This document shows positions 47,014 through 56,962 of a stretch of DNA of 61,442 nt, one piece after another (the stretch's first letter is position 1; every line of letters starts with the position of its first letter). The notes under the pieces were generated by a model. The model did not search any database. It worked only from the letters and a program-made list of their open reading frames with translations, and had not been told where the DNA came from. This stretch comes from an uncultured Clostridia bacterium (lineage in GTDB: Bacteria > Bacillota > Clostridia > HGM11327), in contig CAMEIT010000003.1 in assembly GCA_945918795.1 (NCBI GenBank), forward strand, positions 1 to 61,442. The letters run 5' to 3'. The position numbers and the translations under genes were made by a program.

Positions 47014-47035
47014 GCAAAATATTTATCCTGTGCTA

Positions 47036-49072
47036 TCAATTAAAAACAATTCCGGCATTAAGCCTTTTTGCCGTTTCGCACACCGATTTATAAAAATCAT
47101 CATATTTTTCCCTGTCGCTTTCGGCAAGCTGTGCCGCCGATGCCGCCTGTTGAAACAAGAACGCATCTCTTGGCAATTCTCCGTATCTGAACTGCTGTAC
47201 GCCGTGCTGTCTGAGACCGAAATATTCTCCCTGCCCCCTCAGGCGCATATCCTCTTGTGCAATTTCAAAGCCGTTGTTCGTTTTTTCGAGCATTTCAAGC
47301 CGCGCCCTCGCAGTAGGAGAGTCGGAATCGGATATGAGTATGCAATATGATTTATCCGAGCCTCTGCCCACTCTTCCCCTCAGCTGATGAAGCTGTGCAA
47401 GCCCGAATCTTTCCGCGTTTTCCACTATCATAACCGTTGCTTCCGGCACATTTACGCCCACCTCAACAACTGTCGTCGATATCAGCACGTCAATATCGCC
47501 CTTGGCAAACTTATTCATAACATTATCTTTGTCCTTAGGCCTCATTGCTCCGTACAAAGCCGCACACTTGACATTTTTCAGTTCATTTTTTGAAAGAGCT
47601 TCATACATTCTTTTTACGGACGCCTTATTTTCATCCTCATCATCCACCGAAGGACAAATTACATACACCCTATGCCCCGATTTTATTTCGTTTTCAGCAA
47701 AGGAATACACCTTTTGGCGCGCCTCGCTCCGTCTGCAATATGTTTTTATGGGTATCCTGCCCTCGGGCATTTCGTCTATTATGGATACATCAAGATCGGA
47801 ATACACTACGAGTGAAAGCGTTCTCGGGATAGGTGTTGCGGTCAGAACGAGCATATTCACGGGATTTCCCTTATTTTTCAGATTAAGTCTCTGTCTTACG
47901 CCGAATCTGTGCTGTTCGTCCGTTATAACAAGCCCCACGTTTTCGGAAGCGACATTTTCCTCAAGAACAGCCTGAGTGCCTATCAGAACGTCCGTATCGC
48001 CCTCTGCAAACGACTTTTTAACTGCATTTTTTTCTTTTGCCGACAAGCTCCCCGTAAGAAGCGACGCTTTTATTTCAGTTCCCGAAAACAGCTCTTCAAA
48101 CGACTTCATGTGCTGTCTTGCAAGCACCTCCGTCGGAGCCATTATTACGCTTTGTCTGCCGCCCGATTTTGCCATAAGACACGCGGCAAATGCAACAACG
48201 GTTTTCCCCGAGCCTACATCGCCTTGAACAATCCTGTTCATGGGCTTATCGGAGCGCATATCCCTTTCAATATCCGACAACGCCGCCTTTTGCGCGTTTG
48301 TAAGTCTATAAGGAAGTCCGGCTAAAAAAGCTTCCGTTGTATTAATATCAAAGTCAACAGTGGCATTACCCACTTCGGCTTCCCTTTTGTTCAAAAGTCT
48401 GCGTACTGCAAACATAAAGAACTCTTCAAATATAAATCTCCGCATTCCGTGCACCGCGTCATCCTCGCAAGCAGGAAAGTGTACCTCCTCGAGAGCCTCC
48501 TTCAAAGTGGGTATATCATATTTCCCTCTCAGCTCCTCAGGAATATCGTCCCGAAGCTCGTTGCCCGCAAATTCAAGCGCATTCCTCACAAAGCCCGCAA
48601 ACTGATTACTGCTTATGCCTGACGGCGTTCGGTAAACAGGCTCGAAAATACCGCTCTTCAAATCGCATTTTACCGTAAAATGCGGATTTACCGCCGACAA
48701 AGTACCGCCTCGGTATTCAATGTCGCATTTCACACAGTATTTCTTGTTCTTCACAAGCGAATTGACTATATACGGCTGATTGAACCACGTAAAAGTGATG
48801 TTTTTTTGTCCCGAACGGCACTGCCATTTTACGTAATAACCCGTCTGCGGCGAATATTTTCTGTTAGCGGTACCGTCATAGTCTATGCAGAACACAGCTT
48901 TGCCGCTTTCGTTTATATCGTCGGGGCTTTCATAGTATTTATAAAAATCATATCTTGACGGAAAACAATACAAAAGCTCCCCAACAGCCGAAATTCCGGC
49001 TTTGTTGAGAAGCTCTGCTTTTTTAGGACCTATGCCCTTTATTTTTGTAATGTTTTCGTTATATATTTCCAT
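47036..49072 (-). CDS. recG: ATP-dependent DNA helicase RecG
   Basis: 678 aa. Wedge-domain N-terminus, then helicase motifs GDVGSGKT, DEQHRFGV, TATPIPRT and QLHQLRGRVGRG. Confidence 0.95.
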   Translation of the reverse strand: MEIYNENITKIKGIGPKKAELLNKAGISAVGELLYCFPSRYDFYKYYESPDDINESGKAVFCIDYDGTANRKYSPQTGYYVKWQCRSGQKNITFTWFNQPYIVNSLVKNKKYCVKCDIEYRGGTLSAVNPHFTVKCDLKSGIFEPVYRTPSGISSNQFAGFVRNALEFAGNELRDDIPEELRGKYDIPTLKEALEEVHFPACEDDAVHGMRRFIFEEFFMFAVRRLLNKREAEVGNATVDFDINTTEAFLAGLPYRLTNAQKAALSDIERDMRSDKPMNRIVQGDVGSGKTVVAFAACLMAKSGGRQSVIMAPTEVLARQHMKSFEELFSGTEIKASLLTGSLSAKEKNAVKKSFAEGDTDVLIGTQAVLEENVASENVGLVITDEQHRFGVRQRLNLKNKGNPVNMLVLTATPIPRTLSLVVYSDLDVSIIDEMPEGRIPIKTYCRRSEARQKVYSFAENEIKSGHRVYVICPSVDDEDENKASVKRMYEALSKNELKNVKCAALYGAMRPKDKDNVMNKFAKGDIDVLISTTVVEVGVNVPEATVMIVENAERFGLAQLHQLRGRVGRGSDKSYCILISDSDSPTARARLEMLEKTNNGFEIAQEDMRLRGQGEYFGLRQHGVQQFRYGELPRDAFLFQQAASAAQLAESDREKYDDFYKSVCETAKRLNAGIVFN

Positions 49073-50760
49073 TAATCAACCGAAACCAATAAATTATATA
49101 CGGGCTGACCGCCGTTATAAACCTCCGCGTCGATATATTCATACGTTTGGCGAACATAATCGGCAAGCGCATTTGCAAGCTCTTCCGTTGCGTCCTCTCC
49201 GTAATATATCGTCACAAGAGAGCTGTCCTCAGATATCATCTGTGCAAACATTTCCTTTGCGACACTGACAATATCCGGACCCGAAACCTTAAGCTTATTC
49301 TTTACAAGCGCGATATAATCGCCCTCGTGAACATCGACGTCCTCAATTACAGTATCTCTTACGGCATTTGTTATCTGTCCGTAAACTACCTTTTCCGAAA
49401 CCTCATTAAACATATTTTCATTGTCATCAAGGTCATCGTCGGGATTATACATTATAAGCGCAGATATGCACTGCTGAACGCTCTTTGTGGGAATGACTCT
49501 CATGTCACATTTAACAATATCCTTTGCCTGCTGAGCCGCAAGTATAATGTTCTTGTTGTTCGGGAACACAAACACGTGCTCGGCATTGGCTTTGTCAACA
49601 GCATGAACAATATCCTCTATACTCGGATTCATCGTCTGACCGCCGCCGACAATAATGTCTGCTCCCAGTGACTTGAATATTTCGGAAATACCGTCGCCCA
49701 TTGAAATAACAACTATTCCGACTTCCTTTTTAGGTTCTTTCTCCTTTTTGGAAGCATTGAGTTCCTCATTCTGGAGACGCATATTCTCTATTTTAACATC
49801 CTGGAGCGCGCCGTATTTCATTGCAAACGACAGCACTTCAAGCGGTGCGTTGGTATGAATATGTGTTTTAACGACGCCGTCCTGATGTATTACAAGCATC
49901 GAATCGCCCTTTGGTGCGAACTCCGCCTTGAACACATCTTCTATATTTGACGGAAAAATACTACCGGATTCATACACAAAAAATTCCGTGCAGTATGTAA
50001 ACTTGATATCCGCAAGCGAATGATCGTCTACAAATTCGGCCTCATTTACAATTTCAAACTGCTTTTCGGCTGACGTCTCATATTCCTTAAGATCAAGAAC
50101 GTAATCGTCCTTCATCGCCATCTCAAAGCCGCAAATTATGCAGTAGAAACCCATTCCGCCCGAATCCACAACTCCTGCCTGCTTCAGTACGGGAAGCATA
50201 TCGGGTGTTGCGTCGAGAGCCGCTTTTGCCGCCGCGCAAATAGCTTCAAAGAATCTCTCGAACTGAGTCTCTCTTTTCCTCAGCTCCATAGCCTTTTCAG
50301 CCGTTACTCTCGCCACTGTAAGAATCGTGCCTTCCGACGGCTTCATAACCGCCTTATAAGCATTGTCGGCAGCCGCCTTAAGTGCGATTGCGAAATCATC
50401 AACGTTAATGGTTTCCTTACCTGAAAGGGATTTTGCAAATCCTCTGAAAAGCTGTGAAAGAATAACGCCCGAATTTCCTCTTGCGCCCTTGAGTGCGCCT
50501 GTAGACACTGCATTTGCAAGATTTGCAACTGTCAAATCTGTTACTTTTGATACTTCCTTCAATGCGGACTGCATTGTAAGAGTCATATTTGTGCCTGTAT
50601 CGCCGTCCGGGACGGGATAAACATTCAAGTCGTTTATGAACGGCTTGTTATTTTCAAGGTTATGCGCAGCACAAAAAAACATATCCTTGAGTAATGCTCC
50701 ATCAATAAAATCAAACAAAACCAATACCTTTAAGCCGACTGAAGCCTTACAGTCTGACAC
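49072..50760 (-). CDS. yloV: DAK2 domain-containing protein (YloV family)
   Basis: YPVPDGDTGTNM DAK2 motif plus a C-terminal DegV-like/uncharacterised domain. Conserved yloU-yloV-recG order. Confidence 0.9.
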   Translation of the reverse strand: MSDCKASVGLKVLVLFDFIDGALLKDMFFCAAHNLENNKPFINDLNVYPVPDGDTGTNMTLTMQSALKEVSKVTDLTVANLANAVSTGALKGARGNSGVILSQLFRGFAKSLSGKETINVDDFAIALKAAADNAYKAVMKPSEGTILTVARVTAEKAMELRKRETQFERFFEAICAAAKAALDATPDMLPVLKQAGVVDSGGMGFYCIICGFEMAMKDDYVLDLKEYETSAEKQFEIVNEAEFVDDHSLADIKFTYCTEFFVYESGSIFPSNIEDVFKAEFAPKGDSMLVIHQDGVVKTHIHTNAPLEVLSFAMKYGALQDVKIENMRLQNEELNASKKEKEPKKEVGIVVISMGDGISEIFKSLGADIIVGGGQTMNPSIEDIVHAVDKANAEHVFVFPNNKNIILAAQQAKDIVKCDMRVIPTKSVQQCISALIMYNPDDDLDDNENMFNEVSEKVVYGQITNAVRDTVIEDVDVHEGDYIALVKNKLKVSGPDIVSVAKEMFAQMISEDSSLVTIYYGEDATEELANALADYVRQTYEYIDAEVYNGGQPVYNLLVSVD

Positions 50761-51097
50761 CCTCTACAAAAAACTTTATCCAGGATACCTTTACACCTGT
50801 CATCTTTTCTATTGTATAATGAACTGCGCTGATAATATTGTCAGCAACAGTATTGATTGCAATACCGTACTTGATAATTACGTGCAAAGACACAGTTACC
50901 TGATTATCTGCAATTTCAACGTTGATACCCTTTGTAATGCTTTCTATACCGAGTAGCTCAGCCCAATCTTCAGAAGGCTTGCGCGCAGACATTCCCACAA
51001 CTCCATAGCTGCTGAGAGCAACATTACCTGCGATAGCGGCAATAACATCGCTGCTGATGTTTATGGTTCCGTTCTCGTTTTCAAGTGTTACATTCAT
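50747..51097 (-). CDS. yloU: Asp23/Gls24-family envelope stress protein (YloU)
   Basis: 116 aa, with ISSDVIAAIAGNVALSSYGVVGM typical of the Asp23 family. AAGAGGAGG RBS. Confidence 0.9.
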   Translation of the reverse strand: MNVTLENENGTINISSDVIAAIAGNVALSSYGVVGMSARKPSEDWAELLGIESITKGINVEIADNQVTVSLHVIIKYGIAINTVADNIISAVHYTIEKMTGVKVSWIKFFVEGVRL

Positions 51098-51354
51098 ACA
51101 AAGTCCTCCTCTTTACAATTTTGATCATATATTTCGGAATATCGGCAACCTGCATACCGTTTTCATCAAAAACAATACGTTTTGCCGTATTTGATAACTC
51201 ATACACATATACAGCATTATTCAGTGCGTATTTCAAAATAAAATTCTCCATATCCCGCAAAATTAACTCTATTATAACGCTTATACATATATTATACGCG
51301 ATTTTCAATAAAAATCAAGGGGTAAAACGCCAATATTGCTGATTTTATTTAAAT

Positions 51355-52842
51355 TTAAAGCGTTACGCCGTCCTTAAATATTGAAATTTCCCTATAACCG
51401 TTGACTTCATTCTTCGTAAGGTGCTTTCCCGATGCAACCGAAAGTACAAAATCGAAAAATTCCTCCTGCACTGCCTCCATTGTTTCGCCGTCAACAAGTC
51501 TCCCTGCGTTAAAATCAGTCCAATTTGATTTGCGTTTTGCAAGGTCCGAATTTGTCGCAACCTTTACCGTCGGTACGGGCGCACCCAAAGGCGTACCTCT
51601 GCCCGTCGTAAACAATATAATATGCACTCCCGATGCGGCAAGAGCCGTGCAAGCCACAATATCATTTCCGGGTCCGGTAAGAAGATTGAGCCCCGGCTTT
51701 ACTGCGTGCTCTCCGTACGAAAGAACGTCCGTTACAATTCCCGTTCCGCCCTTTTGCGTACAGCCGAGAGATTTATCCTCAAGCGTCGTTATTCCGCCCT
51801 TTTTATTACCCGGAGACGGATTTTCATATATATTCTGACCGTATCTTGTGAAATACAGCTTGAAATTGTTTATCATTGAAACAATATCCTCAAATACCTC
51901 TTCATCCCGGGCGCGGTTCATGAGGATAGTTTCGGCACCGAACATCTCGGGCACCTCCGAAAGAACCGTCGTTCCGCCGCAAGCCGTGAGCATATCCGAA
52001 AATTTGCCGAGAAGAGGATTTGCCGTTATACCCGAGAATCCGTCCGAGCCGCCGCATTTAAGACCTATCCTGAGCCTTGAAGCGTCAACCGTTTCTCTCT
52101 TGAAGCCCGAGGCGTATTCTATAAGCTGAGAAATAAGCTTGAGTCCCTCTTCTATTTCGTCCTCAACCTGCTGTGTAACGAGGAATTTAACTCTGTTTTT
52201 ATCGTAATCACCTATAATCGGCATAAAGCTGTCAAGATTGTTGTTCTCACAGCCGAGGCTCAGCACAAGCACGCCGCCTGCATTCGGGTGATTCACAAGA
52301 CCTGCAAGTATTTTCTGCGTATTAAGCTGATCGTCCCCGAGCTGAGAACAGCCGTACGGATGAGTAAAGCAGTACACGCCGTCAACCTTATTTATATTGT
52401 CAAGCTCTTTTGCCTTTTTTGCCAAAAGCTCCGCCGTCTTATTAACACAGCCTACCGTGTTTATTATCCATATTTCATTTCTTACGCCCACATCCGAATT
52501 GCTTCTTACGTAGCCCTCAAAGGTTGCTTTCCTGCCGATTGTTTTTTCGGTTTCGGACGGCGTATATTTATATTCCAACAGCCCTTCGAGATTCGTTTTT
52601 ATATTGTGCGTATGAACCCATTCTCCGCGCTTTATGTCTTTTATCGCATGGCCTATCGGGAAGCCGTATTTTACGGCATTTTCACCCTCGGCAATATTTT
52701 TAAGCGCAAACTTATGTCCTGCGGCAATATCCTCTGCAAGTAAATATTTTTCGCCGCCGTATTCAAACTGTTCGCCCTTTTTCATATCGTGAAGAGCAAC
52801 CGCAACATTGTCATTTTTATCTATCTGTAAATATTTATTCAT
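51355..52842 (-). CDS. uxaA: altronate dehydratase (UxaA family)
   Basis: 495 aa. N-terminal SAF domain (DNVAVAL...GHKFAL), then conserved GCVN, HPYGCSQ and GLKCGGSDGFSG blocks. Confidence 0.9.
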   Translation of the reverse strand: MNKYLQIDKNDNVAVALHDMKKGEQFEYGGEKYLLAEDIAAGHKFALKNIAEGENAVKYGFPIGHAIKDIKRGEWVHTHNIKTNLEGLLEYKYTPSETEKTIGRKATFEGYVRSNSDVGVRNEIWIINTVGCVNKTAELLAKKAKELDNINKVDGVYCFTHPYGCSQLGDDQLNTQKILAGLVNHPNAGGVLVLSLGCENNNLDSFMPIIGDYDKNRVKFLVTQQVEDEIEEGLKLISQLIEYASGFKRETVDASRLRIGLKCGGSDGFSGITANPLLGKFSDMLTACGGTTVLSEVPEMFGAETILMNRARDEEVFEDIVSMINNFKLYFTRYGQNIYENPSPGNKKGGITTLEDKSLGCTQKGGTGIVTDVLSYGEHAVKPGLNLLTGPGNDIVACTALAASGVHIILFTTGRGTPLGAPVPTVKVATNSDLAKRKSNWTDFNAGRLVDGETMEAVQEEFFDFVLSVASGKHLTKNEVNGYREISIFKDGVTL

Positions 52843-52848
52843 TGTAAT

Positions 52849-54366
52849 TCATTCTCCGATCAAAGCTTTTATTGCGGCTCTTGCACCGTTTTCGCACATA
52901 CATATATAATATTTCACAACAGCCTCGGCAAGTCCCTCATAATCCGTCAGATCTTTGCCCCAGAAAGCCTTATTGGAAAGCACTTTTCTCACAAGTGCTT
53001 CCGCATCCCTATCCTTTGCGTATTCTTTGTACGCCTCGGCAAAAAATTCAAGCACCTCCGGCATATCGCATATATCGTAATTTCTGCCGCACACCTCTCC
53101 CTTGAGCTTTCCGCCCTCGATTACGGTTCCCTTGTAGAATCTTATGAGCGCGGAAAGAGAAAACAACGTTTTTTCCGGCAGCTTTGAGAATCTCTTTATG
53201 TATTCCTCCACCGACGGCAATACTCTCACCTTGTATTTCGATACCGAATTGAGGCTTATGCTCAAAAGCATATGCTTTATAAACGGATTGGCAAATCTTT
53301 CAAGCACAGCGCTTGCAAAGTCGCGTTTCTCATTTTCGGGGAGGTCAAACGTCGGTATTATCTCATCGAAAATACCGTCGCGCATAAATTTGCTTATATC
53401 CGGGTCATTCATGCACTCACCCACAGTGTCAAGCCCGCACATATATGCCGCAAGAACAGTCATTGTGTGCGCGCCGTTAAGTATGCGCACCTTTCTCGTG
53501 CGGTAAGGCTCCATATTGTCCGTCCACAAAACGTTCAGCCCCGCCTTATGGAAAGGTATCTCCTCGGCATACTTTTTATCTCCCTCTATTACCCAGAAAT
53601 GGAATATTTCACCCGTATCTGCCACACTGTCCTTATAACCGCGGCTCTTCTCAAGCGCATCGGCTTCGTCTCTCGGATATCCCGGCACAATTCTGTCAAC
53701 AAGCGTATTCAGGAACGCACAGGCAGACTCTATCCATTTTACGAATCCATCCTCAAGCTCCCAATATTTTGCGTATTTCAGAACGCATTTTTTCAGGTTG
53801 TCCCCGTTTCTGTCAATAAGCTCACACGGGATCATTACTATTCCTTTATCCTCAGCGCCGTCAAACGCCTTGTATCTTTCATAAAGCAGTGACGTCAATT
53901 TTGCAGGATATGTTTTCTGACAAGCACCCCTTACAAACGGTTCCTCGACAAACTCTATTCCCGCCTCTGTTGTATTTGATATTACAAAGCGCAGCTCATC
54001 GCCTACCGCATACCGAACCGTTTTTTCCCACTGCGAATACGGATTTACACATTCCCTTATGACGGTGATTATTTCCTTTTCAACCTTTACCTCGCCGTTT
54101 TCCACGCCGCGCAGATAAAGCGTATAAAGTCCGTCCTGTGCATTTATCATGTCCGCAAGACCTCTCTCCAGAGGCTGAACCACCGCAACAGAGCCTTCGA
54201 AAAGCCCTTTACTGTTTATCCTGTTTATCATCCAATCAACGAACGCCCTTAAAAAATTGCCTTCGCCGAACTGCATTATTTTTACGGGAGCCTGCTTCAT
54301 GCTTCCGACTTTAATATCCGCCGGAACGCTCCCCGATTCGATATATTTTCTTGATAATGTTTCCAT
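52849..54366 (-). CDS. uxaB: tagaturonate reductase (altronate oxidoreductase, mannitol dehydrogenase family)
   Basis: 505 aa. IMQFGEGNFLRAFVDW N-terminal Rossmann motif, NTLVDRIVPG, and ILNGAHT. Adjacent to uxaA. Confidence 0.85.
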   Translation of the reverse strand: METLSRKYIESGSVPADIKVGSMKQAPVKIMQFGEGNFLRAFVDWMINRINSKGLFEGSVAVVQPLERGLADMINAQDGLYTLYLRGVENGEVKVEKEIITVIRECVNPYSQWEKTVRYAVGDELRFVISNTTEAGIEFVEEPFVRGACQKTYPAKLTSLLYERYKAFDGAEDKGIVMIPCELIDRNGDNLKKCVLKYAKYWELEDGFVKWIESACAFLNTLVDRIVPGYPRDEADALEKSRGYKDSVADTGEIFHFWVIEGDKKYAEEIPFHKAGLNVLWTDNMEPYRTRKVRILNGAHTMTVLAAYMCGLDTVGECMNDPDISKFMRDGIFDEIIPTFDLPENEKRDFASAVLERFANPFIKHMLLSISLNSVSKYKVRVLPSVEEYIKRFSKLPEKTLFSLSALIRFYKGTVIEGGKLKGEVCGRNYDICDMPEVLEFFAEAYKEYAKDRDAEALVRKVLSNKAFWGKDLTDYEGLAEAVVKYYICMCENGARAAIKALIGE

Positions 54367-54425
54367 ATTATTACCGTGAGTGCCCTTTCGGGCAAGCTTC
54401 CTTTCTTTTGCAATTATCGCTTCTT

Positions 54426-56786
54426 TTATTTGAGAGTGACAATAGTGACTCCCGCGTCTCCCTCTCCGTACTGCCCGAGCCTGAACTTTTCACAGTGCGG
54501 ATGCTTTTTCAGATATTCGTGCAGGGCAGTCCTCAAAGCTCCCGTACCCTTGCCGTGCAGAAGAGTTACCTCCTTAAGCCCCGCAAGGAGCGCGTTATCT
54601 ATGAATCTGTCCGTTTCAATATACGCATCCTCAACCGTAAGACCTCTCAGGTCAAGCGTTGATGATACGCTTGAAGCTTTTATATCAATTTTCTTTCTTT
54701 CCTGCGGCAGTTTGATTTTTTGAGTGCTCTCGGCAGGCTCAAGGTCATCGATACTCGTTTTCATTTTGAGTATTCCCACCTGAAGAAGCACTTCATTTGC
54801 ACCTGAGGCTTCAAGCACTGTCGCCGTGGTACCGAGATGATTTACAAACACGCTCATACCCGGTCTTATGTCAGCCATTGTCAGAACGGCAGTCTTCTTT
54901 TTGTCGGGATTTGACGTCTCGTATTCCTTTTTCATGTCGGCAAGGCGTTTTTTCGATGTCTCTATGAGCTGATTCTTATCCTTTGACTGCAATCCGTCCG
55001 CATTAAAGCGAAGCTCTTTTATTATCTGTCTTGCTTCCTCCTGAGCCTCCTCAATTATCCGCGCGGCTTTTTCTTTTGCTTTTTCCGTCTCTACCCGACG
55101 CTTCTCGGCAATCTGCTCCAGCTTTTCCTCGTATCGACGCTTCATGTCCTCTGCCTGCAGGCGAATTGCTTCGGCTTCCTGCTTTTCTTTTTGGGCAACG
55201 AGCTTATTATGCTCAATATCCGCAAGAAGTCTGTTTACATTAAGCTCATCTTTGTCCATTGTGCTCTGAGCGTATTCCGTTACGGATTCGGGCAGACCTA
55301 ATTTTTTGGATATTTCAAGTGCGTTACTCTTGCCCGGAATACCCACAACAAGCCTGTACGTAGGCATGAGAGTTTCAATGTCAAACTCCATTGAGGCATT
55401 TTCCATGCCGTCGGTTTCAAACGCAAACGTTTTCAGCTCGCTGTAATGTGTAGTTGCAAACGTTAAAACATCCTTTTCGGCAAGATCGCTTAAAATTGCC
55501 CTTGCAAGTGCGCTTCCCTCGACGGGGTCCGTACCTGTACACAGCTCGTCGAAAAGAATCATTGAGCCGCTCTTAACATTCTTGAGTATATATATTATAT
55601 TTGTCATGTGCGACGAAAATGTACTCAAATTCTGTTCTATTGCCTGTTCGTCGCCTATATCGCACAGCACGTCCGTAAATATGCCCATTGTAACGTGGCT
55701 CGCCGGCAAAAAGAAGCCCGTCTGGCAGAGCAATATAAAAAGTCCGACCGTTTTAAGGCTTACCGTTTTTCCGCCCGTATTGGGGCCCGTAATAATGAGC
55801 GTCTTGAAGCTCTCACCTATCGAAACATCGATAGGCACGCATCTTTCCCTCGGAATGAGCGGATGTCTGCCCTTTACTATATTTATGCACAGCTTTGAGC
55901 ATATATCGGGCTTTGTGCAATCGAATGCGTTTGCAAAGCCTGCCTTTGCAAAGAGTATATCGAGCATTACAAGCGTATCCTGATTATCCGATATATCAGG
56001 TGCCGCCGCCTTTATATCGGCGCTCAGCTCGGCAAGAATCCTTTCGACCTCATGCTTTTCCTCCGCTTCAAGCCTGCGGATCTCATTTTCTGCTTCAACA
56101 ACGCCTGCCGGTTCTATGAACACGGTTGAACCGGTTGAGGACTGATCGTGTATAATTCCCTGAATACGGCTTCTGTATTCCGACTTGACGGGAATACAGT
56201 ATCTGCCGTTTCTTTCCGTCACAACAGCTTCCTGCAAATATTCGCGTATTTCCGTGGAGCGTATTATTCTGTCGAGTATGTCGCGTACATTTTTATTCCG
56301 CAGTCTGAGCTGACGTCTGATTTCGCGCAGTTGTGAGCTTGCGCCGTCCGCCACCTCGCCCTCGGGCAGAATGCTGTTCCTGATTTCGTCTATAACAGAG
56401 CTGCATTTGTAAATATTCACAGCCGTCTCCTGCAAAAAAGGAAGCGAGTCTATTATTTTCGAGTCAAGTATGCAATTTTTGGCATTAACAGCCGCCTTGC
56501 ACACTCCGAGAATATCAAGAAGCTCTAACGGGCGCAACACGCCGCCGATTTTCGTTTTCTCGATATACGGCTTTACGTTTTTGAATGCGTCTACCGGATT
56601 TTTTGCCGTATTTGACAAGAATCTGCAAACCTCGTCGAGCTGATCCAAAGCGCGTCTGACGCTTTTCTCATTTGAATACGGATGAAGCTCTTCAATCTTC
56701 TGTGCGGCAATCTCCGAAACGGCGTATTCCGAAGCCATTTTCAATATTTTGTTGTATTCCAATTTTTTAAGTGTTCTCTGGTTCAT
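54426..56786 (-). CDS. mutS2: endonuclease MutS2 (MutS domain V ATPase plus C-terminal Smr domain)
   Basis: 786 aa. ITGPNTGGKT Walker A, DELCTGTDP, a coiled-coil middle region, and a C-terminal Smr domain (LDLRGLTVEDA...LLHGKGTGALR). Confidence 0.95.
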   Translation of the reverse strand: MNQRTLKKLEYNKILKMASEYAVSEIAAQKIEELHPYSNEKSVRRALDQLDEVCRFLSNTAKNPVDAFKNVKPYIEKTKIGGVLRPLELLDILGVCKAAVNAKNCILDSKIIDSLPFLQETAVNIYKCSSVIDEIRNSILPEGEVADGASSQLREIRRQLRLRNKNVRDILDRIIRSTEIREYLQEAVVTERNGRYCIPVKSEYRSRIQGIIHDQSSTGSTVFIEPAGVVEAENEIRRLEAEEKHEVERILAELSADIKAAAPDISDNQDTLVMLDILFAKAGFANAFDCTKPDICSKLCINIVKGRHPLIPRERCVPIDVSIGESFKTLIITGPNTGGKTVSLKTVGLFILLCQTGFFLPASHVTMGIFTDVLCDIGDEQAIEQNLSTFSSHMTNIIYILKNVKSGSMILFDELCTGTDPVEGSALARAILSDLAEKDVLTFATTHYSELKTFAFETDGMENASMEFDIETLMPTYRLVVGIPGKSNALEISKKLGLPESVTEYAQSTMDKDELNVNRLLADIEHNKLVAQKEKQEAEAIRLQAEDMKRRYEEKLEQIAEKRRVETEKAKEKAARIIEEAQEEARQIIKELRFNADGLQSKDKNQLIETSKKRLADMKKEYETSNPDKKKTAVLTMADIRPGMSVFVNHLGTTATVLEASGANEVLLQVGILKMKTSIDDLEPAESTQKIKLPQERKKIDIKASSVSSTLDLRGLTVEDAYIETDRFIDNALLAGLKEVTLLHGKGTGALRTALHEYLKKHPHCEKFRLGQYGEGDAGVTIVTLK

Positions 56787-56792
56787 GATGAT

Positions 56793-56821
56793 ATTATACC
56801 CTTATTATCCGAATTTGTCAA
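56793..56821 (-). promoter_or_regulatory. sigma-A type promoter abutting the mutS2 start codon (leaderless configuration)
   Basis: Minus strand TTGACA-aattcggataataaggg(17)-TATAAT-atcatc-ATG. Only 6 nt separate the -10 from the ATG. Confidence 0.6.
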
Positions 56822-56902
56822 CGGTCTGTATACGCCCGTCATGGCGCATATTATGTTGTTTTTGCTTTCGGTGCGGGGCTGAAATTTATCATTATCAGGC
56901 CA

Positions 56903-56949
56903 CAAAAAACAACACGGCACAAGAGCTCCCGAACGGATTTCCTGTGCCG
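56903..56949 (-). terminator. intrinsic terminator after asd
   Basis: CGGCACAGGA...TCTTGTGCCG (10 bp including one G-U) followed by TGTTGTTTTTTGTGG. Confidence 0.75.
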
Positions 56950-56962
56950 ATTCAACCGTTTA

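Noticed and set aside
51081-51308. 75-aa minus-strand ORF overlapping the yloU start
   Set aside because: It begins at a TTG, has no convincing RBS for either the TTG or the internal ATG (MENFILKY...), and sits in very AT-rich promoter-like DNA that contains the yloU RBS. It might be a real micro-protein, but the evidence is insufficient.
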